Source: a virus. Taken from it: 57,257 bases of DNA. Under the pieces are notes generated by a model, which had not been told where the DNA came from, did no database searches, and saw only the letters and a list, made by a program, of their open reading frames with translations. The translations under genes and the position numbers were made by a program. Shown here piece by piece: positions 54,583 through 57,257 of the stretch. The stretch covers positions 1 through 57,257 of IMG/VR virus record IMGVR_UViG_3300045988_170111; one strand, 5' to 3'. How positions within the stretch are numbered: position 1 is the first letter of the stretch; every line of letters begins with the position of its first letter.

Positions 54583-56880
54583 GTGGCAAACATTGGAGAT
54601 ACGGTTAGTTTTACCGCGAGTAAATATAAAAATCTATTTGTGAGCGACGATAAGCGTTATACGATTGCCTATTTTACCGTCAATGCACGCGATGCGAGAT
54701 TATATCTCCCGCAAGACGCAAAGACAAAACAATACGGCACAACGCATATGTTTATCGTAAAGGGTTTTATCCCGGATGGAATTGATAATATTGCGTATGA
54801 ACTGACTGGCTGCTGGAGTATCGATAAAAATCGGAACCAGCCGTACCTTGATGTTCAGAAAGCCAATATTTCAATTCCCACTCGCAAGAAAAGCGTTGTT
54901 GCTTTCCTTCGCTCCAACTGTAAGGGCATTGGAAATGTAAAAGCAACAGCTATCGCCAATGCGTTTGGCGAAAACACTTTATCTGTTTGCGCAAACGAGC
55001 CTGAAAAGCTGAAAAAGAAGGTTCCAAGTCTTACAGACAAGGACCTTAAGGCTTTAAAGCACGGGTGCCAAGCATTGACATATAAATACGATATTCGGTG
55101 TTTTCTTGATGACAAAAACGTTGTCCTTCCGGATTACCAAATCGATGCGATTGCAGACGAGTACGGCGCGGAGGCACTTAATGTCATTAAAGAGAAAACG
55201 TATAAGCTGATTACGCTTCTGCCTTTTCAAACCTGTGACAAAATTGGACTTGCAATGGGAGTCAGTCCCAATGCTCGTAGACGATATGTTGCAGCACTCG
55301 TAGAGGCTCAGAAGCAGTTATGTCGGCAAAACAATACTGTTTGCGTTCGTGAAGATTTGCTGGTTGCGGAAGCTTATAAGCTGCTGAACCATCACAACGA
55401 CGAACTGATGAAAATGTCGGTCAAGTTGTTGGTCGATAACTATCGGTTCATTCGATTTGGTTCTTCTAAAAGCGGAAATTGGATTTATTCCAAAGACGAT
55501 TATACGGTTGAACGGAATCTCGTACGCAAACTTGCCGCGTTCATCAAAAGGGGACCCAGCAAGCAAAAGGAAATCGATGCGGCTCTTGCAAAATGGAAGA
55601 AAAACTCTCCCATTCAACTTTCCGAAAAACAGGAAGAAGCAGTACGCAATCTTGCTTATCCCATCTCCATCGTAACAGGTGGTCCGGGTACTGGTAAGAG
55701 TACAACGCTTCGCGCTTGTTTGGAAGTGTACAAAGAAGCATTCAAGAAAAACGCAACGATTCTTTGTATGGCTCCGACCGGACGCGCATCTAAGCGTATG
55801 GCTGAATGTACGGGTCTGCCCGCACAGACTATCCATAGCGCCTGTGCGCTTGTTCCTTCTAAGGCTGCTGGCGGTTTTACCGCTCAGGACGATTGCAAAA
55901 TCAGCGAAAATCTGATTGCTATCGATGAAATGTCTATGGTCGGTATCCACCTTTTTGATTTCGTTATGAACGCAATCGAAAATGAACCCAACAAGAAAAT
56001 CATCCTGCTCGGCGATGTGGACCAGCTCCCTTCGGTAACACCCGGCAATGTACTCTTCGATTTGATTAAATGCAATCAAATCAAGTATACGGTTCTGGAT
56101 AGAAACTACCGTCAGGGCTCCAATTCCACTATTGCGGATGCAGCATACGCTATCAATAATGGGATGTCCAATCTTCCGACTGATGAAACATTTCAGTTTA
56201 TCGATTGCCATAATCCCGATAGCGAAAAGGAAACGGAAGATATCTCGAATATCATTATTCAGAAGTATCAGGAGGGAGTAAAAAAGTATGGCCGCGATGG
56301 ATGTATCGTCCTTAGCCCTACTCATTACTACAAGAGCAGCAATAGCTCTCCTCTGTGTACGGATATTATGAATAAGAAAATTCAGGATATCGTAAATGAA
56401 GCTGAGAAAGGAAAACCGGAATGGCGAGCCAAATCCACCAAGTCCAAGAACGGTGTGGATGTAAGCCGCGTATTCAGAAAGGGCGACCGCGTAGTCCAAA
56501 TTAAGAATACGCCCGAAATCATGAACGGCGACCTTGGCACTATCGATGAAATCATTGATGATGATGGTGTTTACACGTTCAAAATCACATTCGATGACAA
56601 ACAAGTCGAGTACGATGTCAAGGATATGCAGAATGTGGAACTTGGTTACTGCATTACGGTTCATAAAACGCAGGGTTCTGAATTTCCCTGCTGTATCATG
56701 CCCGCAAGTATGACTCAGAAAGCAATGCTGCAGCGCCAGTTGTTTTATACCGGCGTTACTCGTGCAAAGAAAGAGTTTATCTTCGTGGGTGACAAGAAAG
56801 CACTGGATTTAGCAGTTCGGACTAAGACCGAGGAACGTCGGTCGATGCTCCCGGCGCGAATCTGTAAGGAATGTGTTTGA
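54583..56880 (+). CDS. recD2: RecD2-like SF1 DNA helicase
   Basis: 765-aa ORF with a GTG start behind GAGGAG. Walker A GGPGTGKST, Walker B IDEMSMV, LLGDVDQLPSV, ITVHKTQGSEF and LFYTGVTRAKK. N-terminal OB/HhH-like region as in RecD2. Confidence 0.85.
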   Translation: MANIGDTVSFTASKYKNLFVSDDKRYTIAYFTVNARDARLYLPQDAKTKQYGTTHMFIVKGFIPDGIDNIAYELTGCWSIDKNRNQPYLDVQKANISIPTRKKSVVAFLRSNCKGIGNVKATAIANAFGENTLSVCANEPEKLKKKVPSLTDKDLKALKHGCQALTYKYDIRCFLDDKNVVLPDYQIDAIADEYGAEALNVIKEKTYKLITLLPFQTCDKIGLAMGVSPNARRRYVAALVEAQKQLCRQNNTVCVREDLLVAEAYKLLNHHNDELMKMSVKLLVDNYRFIRFGSSKSGNWIYSKDDYTVERNLVRKLAAFIKRGPSKQKEIDAALAKWKKNSPIQLSEKQEEAVRNLAYPISIVTGGPGTGKSTTLRACLEVYKEAFKKNATILCMAPTGRASKRMAECTGLPAQTIHSACALVPSKAAGGFTAQDDCKISENLIAIDEMSMVGIHLFDFVMNAIENEPNKKIILLGDVDQLPSVTPGNVLFDLIKCNQIKYTVLDRNYRQGSNSTIADAAYAINNGMSNLPTDETFQFIDCHNPDSEKETEDISNIIIQKYQEGVKKYGRDGCIVLSPTHYYKSSNSSPLCTDIMNKKIQDIVNEAEKGKPEWRAKSTKSKNGVDVSRVFRKGDRVVQIKNTPEIMNGDLGTIDEIIDDDGVYTFKITFDDKQVEYDVKDMQNVELGYCITVHKTQGSEFPCCIMPASMTQKAMLQRQLFYTGVTRAKKEFIFVGDKKALDLAVRTKTEERRSMLPARICKECV

Positions 56881-56882
56881 AG

Positions 56883-56930
56883 AGTGGGTGGCTGCAGCAA
56901 TAGCTGTGGCTGCCCACTTTTTTTTGTTTT
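56883..56930 (+). terminator. intrinsic terminator ending the right arm
   Basis: Long imperfect stem AGTGGGTGGCTGCAGC-aata-GCTGTGGCTGCCCACT followed by TTTTTTTTG. Confidence 0.75.
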
Positions 56931-57167
56931 CGGTGGGGGAGGGGAGAGCGCATAAAAAATTCGTTTTGTGTAAAGAACAAATGCGTTTTGCTTAAAGAAA
57001 TCCGTATTGAAATTATCCAAAAATAAAGTATCCTAAATATAAGGAAATATTATGTGATTTCCTTAGTTACACAAGCTGACACCTCTATGTGGTGTGTAAT
57101 AGGCAACGCGACATATAACGTGTATGTTGTGGCAAAGGGTCAGCAGAATGTGATGATTTTTGACGAA

Positions 57168-57257
57168 AGACTAACTATTAAAAGTCAAGCCCCAAAACAA
57201 AATTTTCGAGAGAAATTTTAAGGTGGTGAAAATTGGTATAGCAAACAAGAGCATCCG
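57168..57257. repeat. right inverted terminal repeat (ITR-R)
   Basis: Reverse complement of 1-91 with a single homopolymer indel. Similarity stops at 57167 (A where C is expected). Confidence 0.9.

Noticed and set aside
55318-56664. 448-aa minus-strand ORF
   Set aside because: It is antisense to the RecD2-like helicase gene, which carries clear Walker A/B and helicase motifs. No RBS is present.

Overview
This 57,257-nt window reads as a complete phage-plasmid from a low-GC Gram-positive (Bacillota-like) host, judging by GGAGG-type RBSs and lipoboxes. All calls come from reading the sequence and ORF track by eye; no HMM, BLAST or folding software was run.

Ends: the element is bounded by inverted terminal repeats, 1-91 versus 57168-57257. 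The outer 74 nt are identical, followed by one 1-nt homopolymer indel.

Left arm (117-16915, minus strand): a siphovirus-type morphogenesis module.
- TerL, portal, scaffold, capsid, connectors and major tail protein.
- G/GT tail chaperone pair with a G_GGA_AAC slip site.
- A 1468-aa tape measure, tail tip and fibres.

Centre:
- A short serine recombinase, a lipoprotein and a small XRE regulator.
- Decayed accessory genes (vWA and IS30 fragments) and a 4-gene minus-strand operon.
- A 1.8-kb field of more than 20 iterons, an AT-rich DUE and a Rep_3-like initiator.
- ParA/ParB with GGGAGCAACAGAAAC repeats.

Right arm (29.4-56.9 kb, plus strand): about 40 early genes. They include NAD-dependent ligase, primase, beta clamp, RNase H, ThyX, a dNMP nucleotidase, signal peptidase I, a Big_2/CAP lipoprotein, a YqaJ exonuclease and a RecD2-like helicase.

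Most striking signal:
- Ten copies of one promoter cassette (TTGCnT-N3-GCTGCAAAGT-N3-TAnAAT). Nine of them are followed by a leader that ends in an intrinsic terminator.
- About 20 terminators in 27 kb, several sitting directly in front of an RBS with no promoter.
- A separate consensus promoter plus leader terminator in front of the portal-to-fibre late operon.

Together these suggest genome-wide control by processive antitermination, with no recognisable antiterminator.

Not recognised anywhere: DNA polymerase, terminal protein, protelomerase, TerS, holin/endolysin or tyrosine integrase.
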